In this document: positions 12,447 to 26,726 of the stretch, in pieces | Layout: the number at the start of each line of letters is the position of its first letter | How positions within the stretch are numbered: the first letter of the stretch is position 1 | NCBI GenBank assembly: GCA_002633005.1 | Contig: NMRA01000003.1 | Coordinates: forward strand, 1,602,503 to 1,666,502 | DNA length: 64,000 nt | Source: Phoronis australis | Taxonomy: Eukaryota; Animalia; Phoronida | Direction: 5' to 3' | Made by a program: the position numbers and the translations under genes | The notes under the pieces: model-generated | Databases searched by the model: none | The model's input: only the letters and a program-made list of their open reading frames with translations | Told to the model about the DNA's origin: nothing

Positions 12447-13684
12447 CACGCAATGGTTTTCGACCACATGGATAAAAAAGGTACCGATTTAGATTTAAAT
12501 CTCTACTAAATTTTTAGGTATTCAATGGCAGTATTCCATAATTTAGCTTGTGAATATTAATTAGTTTACTTGCTTGGCCCCCTGTTAACCGTTGTTGCCC
12601 CTCCTTTTTATATCGCCACAAAAAATTTCATTTAGCCAGCAACCCCTCCATGGGTGTCATCTGTGGTTACCTTTTCTAATGTCTGTTGAATTTTCCCAAA
12701 CTGCTTGACAAATTGTTATGCAATTTGACACACAGAGTTACATGGCTGGGTTTACCGGGCAGGCATCAGTCCTTCAACTACGGTGGCTGTTTTTGTTTTT
12801 GACAGGAAATTTCCTGTCTGTCAATTTTTGGTGAACTACTCGACAAATGTGCAGAAACCTGATGCAGACGTATTTTGTGGAAGGACACCAGCACCAGTTA
12901 TTATTTTCAGATGGATTTGACCACCATAGTGCCCCCTGTTGGCCACTTTAGTTTATGACAAGAAATTCCTTGTCTGTCAGTTTCTTGGCAAAATGATGAA
13001 TTTTGCAGAAGCTTTATGCTGAGGTACGTTGTTGAGGAGTGCACCACTACCAGTTGCTTTTGGGATGGAGTCAAGTAGTGTAGCATTTCTTGTTGTCAAT
13101 TTTAGTTTTCAATAACATTTTCCATGTCCACCGCAGTCAATTATTGTGTTAACAGCTTGGTATATTTTGTTGAAACAAGACAACAGGGTTTATTTTCGAG
13201 CCTACTCATATTCAAATTATGTCAAGTTCCATCAAAACCTGGCAAGCTGTTTTGACAGTAAATGAGTAATTGACGGGCAAGCAATGTTTTGTTGTCAATT
13301 ACCTGATACTGTTCGACATCCCTAGATGCATGCTATTTGCGGTGCAGTCGCACTCATGGACTCATTTCAATGCTTTGCGTTGTTCTTTTTCCATTTATCT
13401 GAAACCTATTTTCTCAATTAGCAAAGCATATTTGTGTAATCACTAATGAATAATGAGATGAAATTGACGGTCATTAGCACCGTGAACAAGCCTGCCTAAC
13501 TAGGATGTTAATGACTGATTGACAAACTGCTGCAAGGCTGCTTCCAGTCTCTAGACAACGTAATAGAATAAAATAGAGTACAAAAATGCTTTATTCCAGT
13601 TCCTCTGTAGAACGTGCAGTTGTCCATTGAGTCAGAGAAACAATAATGGAAGCTGGATTTCGCCATGATCAGCCTGCAAAAATT

Positions 13685-14000
13685 GAATTAATCCTTTTTC
13701 TCTCATAAAATTGGTCTTATAGTATTTATCACCATCATTGATCTTCTATTACCAAACTGTGGGAAACTCAAGAAAATGCTTCAGATTCGTGTGGTGGTTG
13801 ACCAAACCTAAAACTGTGGATTCAGAAGTGGCATATTTACACATTGACTTGGGTTGGCCAACCCAAAAATTTCAAATTCATAAATGGTGCAATACTCACT
13901 ACCTATGACTTGAGTTGGTGAGAGAAATAGAGTCTGGTCATGGTAAGGAAATTTTCGCAATATCACGAGATTGAATTTATGGGAGAAAAAGGTCTAATTC
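13685..14000. mobile_element. MITE with ~25-bp imperfect TIRs
   Basis: GAATTAATCCTTTTTCTCTCATAAA ... TTTATGGGAGAAAAAGGTCTAATTC, plus internal short inverted repeats. Confidence 0.55.
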
Positions 14001-14503
14001 CGTTTTCATTTCTTAGGCAGCTAAATGTCAAGATGCATTTATATGATAATCGAGGGTATATGTAAGTTAAGAGCTAAGAAAATATAATTTGAAAAAAAAA
14101 ACAGGGACTGTATCTGAAGAAACCCATAACAGCTGTAAAAAAGTCACAAACTACACAGTGGTTGTAACTTCACCAGGCACATCAAGTAAAATATATCTTT
14201 TGTTGATTGTTTCTCAAGTTGTGTTGACTTAATGTGCCAGTGAATCCCAAAGATTTCATGCTTAGCTCGTTTCTCATAGATTTGTGGTTTGTTTTTTGGA
14301 ACAATGGCAGCTATGTGTTTATTTTACATTAATTTTCTATTTTTTTACTTCGTTAGGTTGAAAGATTCTGGTCCTGTGTCCATAAAGTTGTTGTCTTCAT
14401 CATCAAAATTGCAAAATGCTTTCCAAAGAAAATTTAAGTAATAGTTCAATTGTTATTATTTACTCACTGGAAATGTTTAAAGCTGTCTCACAGTTCTCTT
14501 TAG

Positions 14504-14545
14504 GTGCGATCCCTGTTCGAAACTCACTGGATTCTCTGAGAGGGG
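14504..14545 (+). CDS. ANKFN1: Candidate 42-nt cassette exon of the ANKFN1-like gene (CDPCSKLTGFSERG)
   Basis: Acceptor ttctctttAG and donor G|GTAAGA. Symmetric, and open in phase 2, matching exons 5669-5787 and 26253-26485. Confidence 0.4.
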
Positions 14546-17500
14546 GTAAGATCTTTCACTTTAAGATAAGTGTTCTTTTGTGGGGGTAGATACACAAGCC
14601 CTGTCAGCCTGTGAATATGGCCTAGCAAGCGTGAAGGAGAGAAGACTGCCACCACTCCACAATGGAACACCAGCTGCACTGCATGAGTTCCTATTTTTGT
14701 TCTGTTGTAGTTGATGGATTGATTTTATTCAAAGACTGAAAAGGCTCAAGGTGATACAGTTTTTATAGATCCTGGTGTCAAAAATAGCCAGCACTGCCTT
14801 TACAATTTTTGTTAAGCTGTTAGCATTGCTATCACTGATATTCATCACCTGTCCCAAATCCCCAAACAAAAGAAGCCAGCCATAAAAGCCCAGGAACTGT
14901 GCTTATTGGCTATTCAAATCCCAGTTGGTCAGAAGCATTCAATGTTGTTGGTTGGGAAATTAGATGTAGCACCTCATGTAATCTCCTCGGAACTTAGAGC
15001 TGACTCAGACTCAGACTCGAAACTTAAAACAATCACGTGATATGATTCGTGTACAGATTTGTAAGTTTTGTCGTAGCATACCATGCAGTCCCATTGGTCA
15101 ATCTTCAACTGAGTTTTGAGTGCAGAGGTCAAACTAAGATTAGATCCTTACGGAATGGTGGAATTTAGCTTTAGTTTTAAGATTCCATCTAGGGAACATC
15201 AGGTACAAACTACGACAGAATAATTGACACGTATCTTGAGTTTGCACAAAAATAGAATGGAAAGTGTCAAACATAATGTTGAGTTTGAATTCGAGTACAA
15301 AGCTTGTACCCCTGGCCCTGAAGAAATAGGATAGAAATCTAACAAAATAGATGTACTAGGGTTTGACTTTCCGGTACTGGTTTTAGCAACTATTTGAATC
15401 GTGACTTGTGAGTCATTATGCTGAGCTAATGATTGCAAGAACGTTTAATTATGGGCTCAGTTGATATCTGGCTTTATCCTCAATTTGGAATTCACTGTAA
15501 TCTGGAGTTGAAACCAAACAGAAGGTTTTTGTAGTGATTGTGTTTGTAGAAAGTACCTGTCAACCAATATGAGTAATGGTTATGTTAGAGTAATTAAGGA
15601 AGTGATTTTTTACCTGCACTCAACTTCCTGCAGCAAAGTCATTGATCTTTGTGATTTAAGATAAGTGAACTGTTGGAAAATATTCACTGTGACGCTTCTC
15701 CTTTCATGCAACTAGAGTAAAGTGCTTATGAAATTAGCTCCTGTCTTTACCTTCAATTGGTTTATCCCGATCAGCGTAAGTCACGTCATCTCCCTGCCCA
15801 CGCTACAGGAACCGAATTGGTTTAGATACTATACTGTCTGCTGAAATAATTCTGTGTACTTGTCACCTTCCTGCCAAGAGCTTCCTTTTATAAATGTCAG
15901 GTAATTAGATTGTTTTCATAGTGTTTTACCTGTTTTTGTGCTTCGAAGAATCCCTTGATGACGATGAGGTAGGCAATCGAGTGTGATTATGTTGTAACAA
16001 TGTTAAACAAAAGTATGTACCTAGATGTGCCCATGAGCATGTATATGTCATCATTACAAAAAACTTGTTTGTTCCAACACCAGATGACAACAATTTCTAA
16101 AATGAAGTTAGTCCAGATATCAATCTAGTCCATTGTTAAGCGTTCAGTGCTCTATTGTTTGCCATCACAGCTTATAAGCCAATTAGCTACCATGGTTCAA
16201 AGAGTTAATAACATCAATGGTACCAGCAGAACCAAAACCTAACGAATCTATTTTGACCATTTTCTATGTCTTGAGTTTTCAATGATCTCACAAAGAAGGA
16301 ATCGGAAGTTACGATACAACCACTGCGTTGAGTGCGCTCAAATATGAATCGATTTAAGCTACATCGTTAGCTTTTCGACACGAATTGATTGAAGTCCAAA
16401 CTGATTTTTAAGTGATTGAAAGTCTTCAGTGTAAACAATGTATATGAGAAGTGTCAAGATTGGCTGCCCAAAGGCAGTATGCTCTTACTTGACTCGCTCA
16501 GTAATAAAATTTGTATATTCTGCCACTGGCATAAAACTTGGAATATTATTTTATTCTGGCAGAAATCAATTGCCCTGTACTGTTAAGCTGGCCACAGCCT
16601 AACATATTTAGTGGCTTTCTGATGCTGGGAATGTAACAAACCATGGATAATGAGGTGCCAGAATCTTACACTGAAATTTACCTGTGATGAGTGCAGAATG
16701 TGGCTGGGTGTTTTACCTTTCTAGCCAAGTTCCAACATAACATTCGATAGCGGGGCCAGTCTGTGTGCAATATGATAAAATACAATATGCAGAAAAATGT
16801 TAAGCTGTTCTTGCCTTGTATAATATGTAGCACATTAATGCAGAATTGGCACTTAGTAAATGTATATTTTCTGCGAAGCGCAGCCATAATATTCTTTGAT
16901 CAGTTCTTGAATCAATATCTGGTATCCTTCAAGTGTTCAAGAAAAAAATGACACTCAGTCTTGTGTTTTCTGTGGAGTTGTTCAATCAGTGTTCCTATGT
17001 TTATGTTATGCCACCAGTTCACGCAGACACTGAGTAAAATGGGTTGCTTACTTGTGAGCAAAAATATTAATTTTATTTTTGTTTGCATTTTGAACAATAA
17101 GGGCAACATGCTTATAAAATGTTTGCAGTTTTAACCTTTCAACAGAACAAGTACAACTGCCTGTTAAGAATACTCTTGTGTTACATTAGTGTACCTATTT
17201 TGAGCCGCACCTTGTTTGTCTGGACAACCTTCATTAAATGTCCATTTCTTTCAATTTGTGTTTTTACCATTAGCACGATGTTGTTTGATAGATCTGTTAG
17301 GTGTTATGTTATCCTGTGATAACACTGATGAAAAATGAGCTAGGTAGGAACTAGCCTTGGTGCAAAACGGTATAAATACACAGTTTTGTACTGATGTGGG
17401 TAAAAAATGGTCAAATCTGATAAAATCTGACACAAAATTAAGAAATACAATCCCATATTTTGCATGCATCTCATTGATTGTTTGCTCTACATGTTGATAC

Positions 17501-17899
17501 AAGTGTCACAGCCAGGTGACGATCAGAATTGCTCAGACGGTGTGAAATTTTGAGATCTATGTAACGTTAGTCTTTGCACAGATAGCTAGCTTAGGCTAGG
17601 TAGATACAACAGGCTTCGTTGAAATTACAAAAATTTCTTTGTATTTCAGGTCATTTAGACATCTTTTTACACATAGCAATCAACTTTTCTGTTGAGATTC
17701 GTCTGGACGACATTGTGTATTACAGTTAGTTTATTATCAGTTTGTTTGTTGCGGAAATATCATCTTTGGTTGCACATATGACTGGTGTCTTTTATTTGAT
17801 GTTTACGCGCTCCTAGGTTATTACTGGTTTTCATAGCTCATTAAGGAGTCGCAGTAGAACATGAACTGATCACTGACGTCAGTGTTTAAAGAGACATTA

Positions 17900-18010
17900 T
17901 TGGTGAGAAAAGTGATCTGGGATCTGCCTCAGCCCCGAATCAAACCCGCAACCCCTGAGGTTGTAGTCTAACCCTGTGTTGGCCGAACATAATCTCCACT
18001 CAATAAACTG
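17900..18010 (-). mobile_element. Degenerate tRNA-derived SINE (related copy at ~24235-24335)
   Basis: The - strand has a B-box-like GGTTTGATTCGG followed by GGCAGATC..AGA..ATCACTTTT. The same block recurs at ~24235-24335. Confidence 0.45.
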
Positions 18011-19226
18011 CTTTTTCCTTGATGTCAGGCTAGCAAAAAATGGTAAGAATTGGTGATTAGTAATAAAATCGCAGAACACGACCAATTTTTTTTTCATAGC
18101 TTGTCAAAGCTCTTAACGTTGAGAAGTCTATCAAATAATAATTCCTTTTTCTATTGTAAACCGGCCTTTAAGAATAGGAAACCAAACTGCGGAGTGATGT
18201 CTTTATTTAGCACTTGAGTGATATGGGAGTGGGCCCTGTCTGATCGGAATTATGTGCGTCATTGACCATCAAATTGTTATAGTTACCCCGTACAGTTAAT
18301 GGCAAAAACTGTTCCGAGAAAATGACTGTAAATTCTTCATGTCTGAGCAGAAGTCGGATTTATTGCCACAATGGCCTTGCCTCTTTATTTGTAGTGAAGG
18401 GGGACTATAGGAAAGTTACTATGGTTAAGTTAGTGCAAACGTTTAGCCATTTTATTATTGGAGATTTGTTGCCCTGGTTGTTAGTGATGTTTATTTTTGC
18501 CGTTAACAAAATTAACAGTGAAACAGCACTTTGCCTGTTTTTTCTTCTACTGTATTACTCAGGAAGTTGTGAGTTAGATTTTAACACTATCTCTGTGGGT
18601 ACATGATGGGTATTCAAATAGTGTGCTGTCGATTGTTGGTATCAATCCTTGAAATATGTAGTATGCCTTTGGTCCATACTCCAGCCCCATATTTTTAGTG
18701 TTGTGGTTCCATACTCATTCGGTTAGGGTTGCACTGTTTTCCAGAGTGTGTAATTGTTCTTGAAATGTTCTGGTTTTGCGTGAGGGGCTATCAAAAATAC
18801 AGCTTTTTCGATCGTTGTGAAGACACCCTAAAGTTGCATAATGAAAGGATGAGTTAAGTGGAACAGTGTTTTTCAACTTTCATTTTGGAAGATTAATCAT
18901 TAGTTATTAGTTACATTTACAAACTGCACCCCACTGTAACCCCAATCACCTGCAGACAGCGTAGCATGTCTTTGTGAATAGGCTTGACTTGCTGCTTGAC
19001 TAGGGCATAAACCTTGCTGTGGCCATAGTTCCTTTGGTGTCCTAAGAATCCACACAGGGTGAAGCACCTCGCCTAGCCTAGTCTTGGTGTAGCAAGGTCT
19101 GTAAATGCTATTCCCATGTTATAGATCTCATGATACTTGCTATCAATGTACATTTCGTTTTTCCTCAATTAGATTTGAAAGGCACTGTCCTGTGGTCCAG
19201 TAAACAATGGATTGTTAAAAAGTTAA

Positions 19227-20632
19227 GGTTATCTCCTACCTTATTTAGTGGCCTCAATTCTAACTCGTATATAAAAACTAAGCTTTGTCAAGTAGTAAAA
19301 GTATATATTTTCTGAAAGAACAAAGACCAGGAAATATAAATATACTTTTTGTATTTATTTGCCATTATTATTCTTACTTAAAAACCTTTTAAAGTCCAAA
19401 TTTCATTCTTAAGAAAGGTACATTCATAGCAAAATAACCCCTCGGTTGCTTTTAAAGAAACCTTTTTTAAATGAAAACTTCACCAGTTACCTCAAAAACA
19501 CTGTTAGGAATTTTTGTTCAGTCTGTTTGTTTGGTTTCTATGACAAATCAACTTGCAAAACGTAAGGTATTTTTGTAAAAAATTGAAGTCGTATTCGTCT
19601 TTGTCACATTATGCAAAAACTAGGCCTTTAAATCAAAAATCCTCACAGCGTTTTTGAGATTGATGACTAAATATTAAGTTTGAAAAGTTTGAGCGAAATC
19701 CATGTAGTCGTTTTCGAGATTTAGTGTTCCTAAGTTCAAATGTTGATCTGCCGAAGCCGAGAAAAAGTTAATTAAACAAGTGAAAATCTCAAAGTGTTCG
19801 GTTAATTATTCGGTGAAAACTTGTTTTCGGTACACATAACCTGTCCAATCCTTAAATATGTTAGCTATTTCAATGTTCACTCGCAATGTCAACTGATTTT
19901 GCTGTGCTTAACTAACTTAATTATCATTAAAAACCTCAAATAGACATATTGTTACCAACCAACTTTTACTGTTACCGTAGTGTTTACGCCCTACTTTCTA
20001 AGTAGGTCACAGTTCATAGCCTGTACATGCTGGGAGACTGATACAAAACCAAGTAAGAAATGGATTACAAAAATCTAGTTGATGGTTAAAGTATGTCGTT
20101 AGCATGAGATCGAAACATCGAAATGTCAACTTATTAATTGAATTAAGGAATTAGGGTGAGGATTTATCTCTTTTTACGACTTTCTATGTTCATGACCACA
20201 GAGGCCTGAGGTGACTCAAAGCATTCGTTTTCAACGGCAACGGTCGTATGCATGTAGATGCACAGCTCCCTTAGGATCTAAACTACATTTTGTCTTTGTT
20301 TTCCCCGGCACCATTCCATCATAAGTACACCTCGTTGGCTCAATGTTATTCCGACTTTGTGAATGAAAGGACTGAGGGTATACAAGCTGTTCTATACCTG
20401 GCGGGAGATTCGATTTAATTGAAAGCCCTTTAACCTTTGACCTTGGATAAGTAGTAAACAAATATTCACATGGTTGTGCGGTTCCAAGGTGGTTCTGCTA
20501 AATCTTTTTTCTCACAACGTGGTATATATTTTATATTTGAAGTTTCCCGAGAATGATGATAAGGTATTTTGCTAGACACAAGTGAAATGTTGTAAAAGTG
20601 GCCATTTTTTGTGAATAAGGTTGGAGATAACC
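19227..20632. mobile_element. Non-autonomous Kolobok DNA transposon (~1.4 kb)
   Basis: TTAA|GGTTATCTCCTACCTTATT ... AATAAGGTTGGAGATAACC|TTAA. 19-bp TIR with 1 mismatch, RR..YY termini and TTAA TSD. Confidence 0.85.
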
Positions 20633-20746
20633 TTAAAAATAAAAAAATTACTGGTTTTCTATTTTCAGAAATATACTTTCATTGGGTTTAAGTCCACAGT
20701 TTTGTAGACTATGCTTGACTAAAAACACAGACCTGCATAACCTTAA

Positions 20747-21119
20747 AGTGGAACTTGCAGGCTAATTACGTATTTCTGTGATTTCTTGTTCAAATTAGTT
20801 AGAAACACAACATATAGCAATGATGTGAAATTGGGTGGAAATTGCCAAATGTTTTTAAGAATGAGTTTTGTGCCAAAAATGATCTGCAAATCACTGAACT
20901 GTGTCCAGGAAGTATGGTGACGTGGTGCTGAGGAATAACACGGCATGATGCGAGCTGTATGAGCCTGCAAAGTTTACTTATTTGCAGATTTTTTGTTTTC
21001 ACCTTTACAAATGGTTAGTGAACACAACTGCACTTTGTTTAGCGTAGATTATATTAAAATAACATAGTCGTTTAGTTCCTGCTATACATTAGCATAGTTA
21101 GGAGCACGCAAGCATATCT
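20747..21119 (+). mobile_element. Kolobok-type MITE, copy 1
   Basis: TTAA|AGTGGAACTTGCAGGCT ... AGCACGCAAGCATATCT|TTAA. Colinear homolog at 21802-22199. Confidence 0.7.
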
Positions 21120-21801
21120 TTAATACAAAATAAGTTTTTATTATTTGAAAGTAACAAAAATTGAGCGTGGGCACATTTTGAAACAATTGTACGTGATGAA
21201 ACTGTGTGATTGGTCACTGAGGGAGAGATTTTTTTACGTATTCCCTTGAAATCAATTATTTAGGCTCCTTAGCTTTCTTTCAGCCAGCATTACCATCGAT
21301 GCACAATAATTTGACACATAATTTGACAAGCCAAACCTTGCTATCGATTCCTCTGGAATGGTGCGTGCTCAAGGTAGTTTTGAAGGAATAACCAGCCACC
21401 CAGTCTGTAGGCATTACTGATTGAATAAATCTCACACTTTGTTTGCATTATTCTTGCGTAGCACCAACAAATGGCTTGTTCTGAAATTGATTTTTGCTAT
21501 TTTTGTGATCACATTAAAGGATCATATTTTGTCGACAATCCTGTTTGCATAACCCTAGGAATAGCATTGAACTTTGACTTTTAGAATATAGATGTTGTAA
21601 AAATGAATGTTTTTCCTCTTAAGGGTTTTGCATAGTATCTTTGCCACACTCAGCATAAATATTTTGGTGCTAAATTGCTCCAACTCCACAGGATACCTAA
21701 TAAAAACCAGTCTTCTCTTACTTTGCTGAACTTCAGTATCTCGATGCATCTACATCTTTCTAAAGCCTAGACCTTTGGTTATGTGCTCACGTTAGGTTTA
21801 A

Positions 21802-22199
21802 AGTGGACCTTGCATGCTAATTCCTTATCTCTGTGATTGCTCGGTCAAATTATTAGAAACACAACATATAGTGACAATGTGAATATGAAGTAGGTTGAAA
21901 AATTACCAAGTTTTTAAGAATGAGTTTTGTGTCAAAACTGATCTGCTGTAAATCACTCAACCGTGTCCAGTAAGTATCTGATGTGGTGCTGGGGAATAAC
22001 ACTGCATGATGCAGGCTATGCAAACCTGCAAGGTATGTCATTGCTGCAAATGTCACCTATTTGCAGAATTTTTTGTCTTCCCATTTACAAGTTGTCAATG
22101 AATGCAACTGCACTTCGCTTAGCTTAGATTATGTTCAAATAGCATTGCTGTTTAGTTCCTGCTAGACATTTGTATAGAAAGGAGCATGCAAATCCATCT
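21802..22199 (+). mobile_element. Kolobok-type MITE, copy 2
   Basis: TTAA|AGTGGACCTTGCATGCT ... AGCATGCAAATCCATCT|TTAA. Shares blocks such as TTAGAAACACAACATATAG and GTTTTTAAGAATGAGTTTTGTG with copy 1. Confidence 0.7.
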
Positions 22200-25100
22200 T
22201 TAAGGGTATCTGCTTGTAGAAGAACAGAGACTAAAATTACAGCTTGTACTGAGTAACCTCATGTTGTCTTCAGTGTGAACCATGCATGGCACTGAGGTTG
22301 TGTGAATGGCTACTGAACATTACAAAATCAAACTTCTTTGATGTTTTGTCATCAAGTCCAGCCAAGCTCTTCTCATTCACTCCATTTACTAGACAGAATT
22401 TCATGCCTGATTTTGTTCATCAATAGATTTGTGCAAGAATTACTGGCCTCATCAATTCTCCTTATCAGGAACACTGATCTGAGTTCCTTTCATGTTGAGT
22501 AGGACAATTGCAGCATAGCTGTGACTTTACAGGAATAAAACTGGCTGAAGTAAATTGCAACATCATCCACTGAAACTTAGGATTTTTTAACTGTTTCACT
22601 ATGATGTAATTAAATTTGGTTTGTTGACCAGTATTTCAATCATCAGAATGGACATGTTCACCTTTAATTTATTCATCCTGGTAGATAAATTGGCATGCCA
22701 GCCCTGATGATGGACAAAAGACTGCCCAATGCCAGTGGACTAGATTGTTATCTGGATTTGGAAATCACTCTCCTCTGAAGTTGAAACTAAAGGGCCTTTC
22801 GCACAATGGATTTAGGGGACATAAAACCTGAAGAATTTTAGAACCGATGCGAAAGTTGATTTAAAACCGTCTAAATTTAGGATGGTACCAAGGTTAATAA
22901 GCTCAAAAAGAGATGATTAGGGAGCGGACCGATTACACAAAGAAAATGCGAAAGGTTTGGTCTGCATTACTTTTTTTGACCGTCCTAAATATATTGCCAT
23001 TCCACATGAGTGGGGAGTTCGCGCACTCTCGATATTGTTTCCTCAGCTGCTCATTGTACAACTTTTAAGTAAGCAAGTCGCAAACAACATATAACAAGAA
23101 TATAAGTAGTAATTATTTAACAAATAAAACAGGTTCTGCTGTACATATGGAGTGGGAAATGACTCATGGTCTTCCACTTTGGAAATGATTGCAACAATGT
23201 AGCGTCATCTCATATTTAGTGCCATGAAGTTTGGACTGTGTAATGTTGGTCCCAACAAGTAAGAAAAGCCACAATTTGTGATGGCAGGTTGTCACCATGG
23301 TCTAAATTAATCTAACTGCGAATAGTCTGTCCTGACTTTAATGTGAACGCAGGTTATATAAGAGTTATGTATTTTGCTGTTTCCTTATACTGACTTGTTC
23401 CTTTTTAAACTCCATTTACATGGCTGCACTTGACATTGGAGCAGCTGACTGCAACAACTGATCAGATGCAAGATTATGTAACCACAACTAGTAGGGATCA
23501 AATATTGCCAATGCAGTGGTCATTTTTGTTACTGGTTTGAGAGATGGAGCAAGTTGCACTCAATCAGTTGCTCTGATGTCAACTACATGTCTAAACACAA
23601 ACTGGGGCAAGGTGGAAGAAGCATTTGGCATTGTTAATCCGAACATGCATAGACTGTCTTCATATAAGTGACTTCCACGCTGTTCCAGTTTGCGATAATG
23701 CCGTGTAAATGGGACTGAAGTGGAGCATCTTGCGCCATGACAACTTGCGCTGCGGCAAGTGTTCCTCGTGTATGGTTAAAACGGCAGTAGTCAACTGATC
23801 TGTCAATCCGTGAAGGTGCTCTGACTATGGCTGAACAGACACAAGTGGCAATTTATACCATGTGTATTTGATGGAGAGTAAATAATTGGCCTGCTGTGAT
23901 AGACTGTAATTAGGTAGAGTGGACTGACTGATCAACATCAGACAGATGATTATCCTCTCAACACATAGACCTTGCTTGTGGCACATAGGTAGCCATGATC
24001 AATTTAATATCAAATATCAGCAGATATCAGCTCACACATGCATTCTTGGAAATCCCTTCTTTAGTGTTTTACCCAGAATCATGTAGCAATAAAGGTGTGT
24101 CATTAAACAAGATTGGAATTTTAGTTAAAATGTTTGTGTCTTTGGCCAGTTGGTCTATAAATAAGTGGATTGCACAAATACACATCTGGTGTGCTAGAGC
24201 CATAGCTGTTAACACGTTTATAGGAACATCCCCGAAAAAAGTGATTTTCTGAGATCTGCCTTGGTGTGGAATCCAACCTGCAACCGTGGTCGCAGTAAAT
24301 GCTCTCCTGGTGGAGCTAAACCTTATTCAATAAATGCCAGCGAATTTTAAGTGTATTCATCTTCATTCTTCATTTCAGCAAGTGTCTAGCAAAGATGATA
24401 ACTGGCAATTTGTAATGAAATTGAAAAAACAAAGGATTTTGTTCTTTTAAAGCTCAGGTCAAAGCTATTATCTTCAAGAAGTCTATCCCACTAACAATAG
24501 TACCAAACTTTGTTTTTTCAGGTGAAAAGCCAATAACATAACTTTAACTCAATCATATATTTCATGTTGGACTAAAGTTGATGAACCTGAATTTGGCGAA
24601 TAAGGCAGCTAAAAATCATATTGCACAGTAAAATAAAATTATTATTTTACACATTGAAACGAAGTTTCTTTTATCAGAGTTCGTAAAATTTCCAAAGGCG
24701 AATGTCTTAGAATTCTCTAATAATATGTAATTGAGGAAAGTTTCAATGGGGATCCTTAGAAAATTTTAATCCACAATTGTTCACAACGCGAGCTCATGTA
24801 GTTTTGGTAACTTTCTGTACGTGGATCAAACTTCATTCATTTCATTTTATAGTTTACAAAAATTTAATCTGAATTTAGTCGTCTTATTTGCCTAACTTGG
24901 GTCCAGCAACTTTAAATTGAGGCTCTGTACGTAAGTCGAGTGTTTTTCTAACTCAAAGCTTCCGAGTTCATATCAGTTCTGCGAAATCGTCAATGAAACA
25001 GTTTCATAATAACATAAAGTGCGGAAACTCACTCCGATTTCATTGGTTTTTCTTGTTAATTAACCAATGTGTCAACTGAGGTCACCTTGTGAATAAATCA

Positions 25101-26252
25101 CCATGTGATTAATTGGAAAATGATTAAGAATTGCATTCGTGCACCAGGATTTTGTGGTCTGGACTAAATAGCCTTTTGATGTGTAATAATCCTTTCATAA
25201 AGTTTTACGTCAGTCCTCCGGAAGAAGGTAATGTTAGCAAGCTTATCCTTCATCATCACATCTTCTGATAATCTACCTGCGGTATTTGTTTTCTAATTAG
25301 CCAAGGAAATCCACTTACCTGTGTCTAATGAAGTTGGTTCAGTTATTAACATAGTTCTTCTTGTCATTTAGGTTGTGTATTGCTTCTGGCCACTTATCAG
25401 GTTATTTAGGACCCTAGTGACAGGCCTGCCTATATGCAAATATCTAAAAAACTGTAGATTTTGACGCTGTAAACGTATGTTTTGTGAATGTAGTAAGTCT
25501 GTCGAATTGAGTTTTTGAGTTTTTGCCAATGTGCAAGTAATTGGGTTATATAAGCAATTGTTTTTAGAGAAATGTAACTAAAAGAAAGGTGCAACGGTAT
25601 CATTAAGGCCAAATCATGTTCAATACAATTGTTCAGGGTGAAGTCTCAAAAATTGTTACAGTTTTCTAAGTCATCATTTGTTTTGCCAGAGGACATTAGC
25701 AGATTTGGTGTTTTAAAATGTTCAAAAAATCACTTTTGTGTCATTTCTCACTTAACTGGCTTTTTACATTTCCATTCTGTATATTTAACTCAGTCATTAC
25801 TTACATTTAATTCTAAATTACATTTAAATTTTATATTATTTTCTTAATATTTTGCATTTTTTGCGTTTCTTAATTTATTCATTTTTAAGAGCCATGTGGA
25901 AGATAAGTTTGATTCTTAACATGATTTATCCTCTATAAATAAAGTTATCTACATAGTATCTATGCAACTCTCTAAATCCTTGCTGTATTGGTGAACAGCT
26001 TTCTGTTCTCAGGTAATGAAATACTGAGCGTTTCTTTATCAGCATCCCCCAGTGATGAGTCTCCCACTACTATAAATTGAAGGCAATACTCATGGTTTTG
26101 GAAACGTGATGTATGGCCTGATAACTTAATGCTCGAGTCATGTTTTATAGATGAATGACTTCTTGGAAAGAGTCACAGCAGACAGGCAAGAACTGTGTTT
26201 CTTTAACTATTTGTCGGTCTGCAATTATTGTGGGTTTTATTTATTTTTCCAG

Positions 26253-26485
26253 ACCCAATGGACGGCAACTTGGTCGATCAAGCACAGTACCTGCTCTCTC
26301 AGTAACACCTGGTGTTCCTTATGAAAACTACGCCATCCCAAAGAAGCAGTCTCTGAAGAAGTCTAAGAGTCCGAACAGTCGCTCTACAAATGGTTCACTG
26401 AAGCACATAGATTCAGACAATCAAGACAATAAAAAGGGTTTACAAAGAACAATGTCACCAGCAAAACCAGTTTCTGTCATTGAAG
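26253..26485 (+). CDS. ANKFN1: ANKFN1/wake-like internal exon (PNGRQLGRSSTVPALSVTPGVPYENYAIPKK...SPAKPVSVIE-G)
   Basis: Strong acceptor ttatttttccAG and donor AAG|GTATGT. 233 nt, phase 2 to 1, open frame (part of ORF 26155-26631). Confidence 0.8.
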
Positions 26486-26726
26486 GTATGTGTGAGAGAT
26501 TGGCAAACCTCAACAAAACAGTGTGTATACCTGCGTGTGTACAACAAAACTGGTTATGTATAGCAGACGTGGCGAGCCTGCAGACAGGAATCAAACACAA
26601 ACCTGCTTCTGCAATAGCAACCCAGGTGTGAAAAAAGATCAGTCCTGGCATTTATGAAAGAATTCACAAACAGCCCTTTACTGTCACAATGCCCCAGTCT
26701 TTTGCTACTTCAGTACATGGTCCTTC

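Noticed and set aside
22200-23950. Possible ancient L2/CR1 LINE remnant on the - strand (MNKLKVN-like text), split by a Harbinger-like insert at ~22790
   Set aside because: Only isolated motif-like words and no continuous frame; cannot be supported without tblastx.
24573-24914. ~41-bp imperfect inverted repeat
   Set aside because: Real, but probably internal to an old MITE; no TSD or termini could be defined.
26155-26631. 158-aa single-exon gene
   Set aside because: Only 26253-26485 is bounded by splice sites and fits the exon chain; the flanks are intronic read-through.
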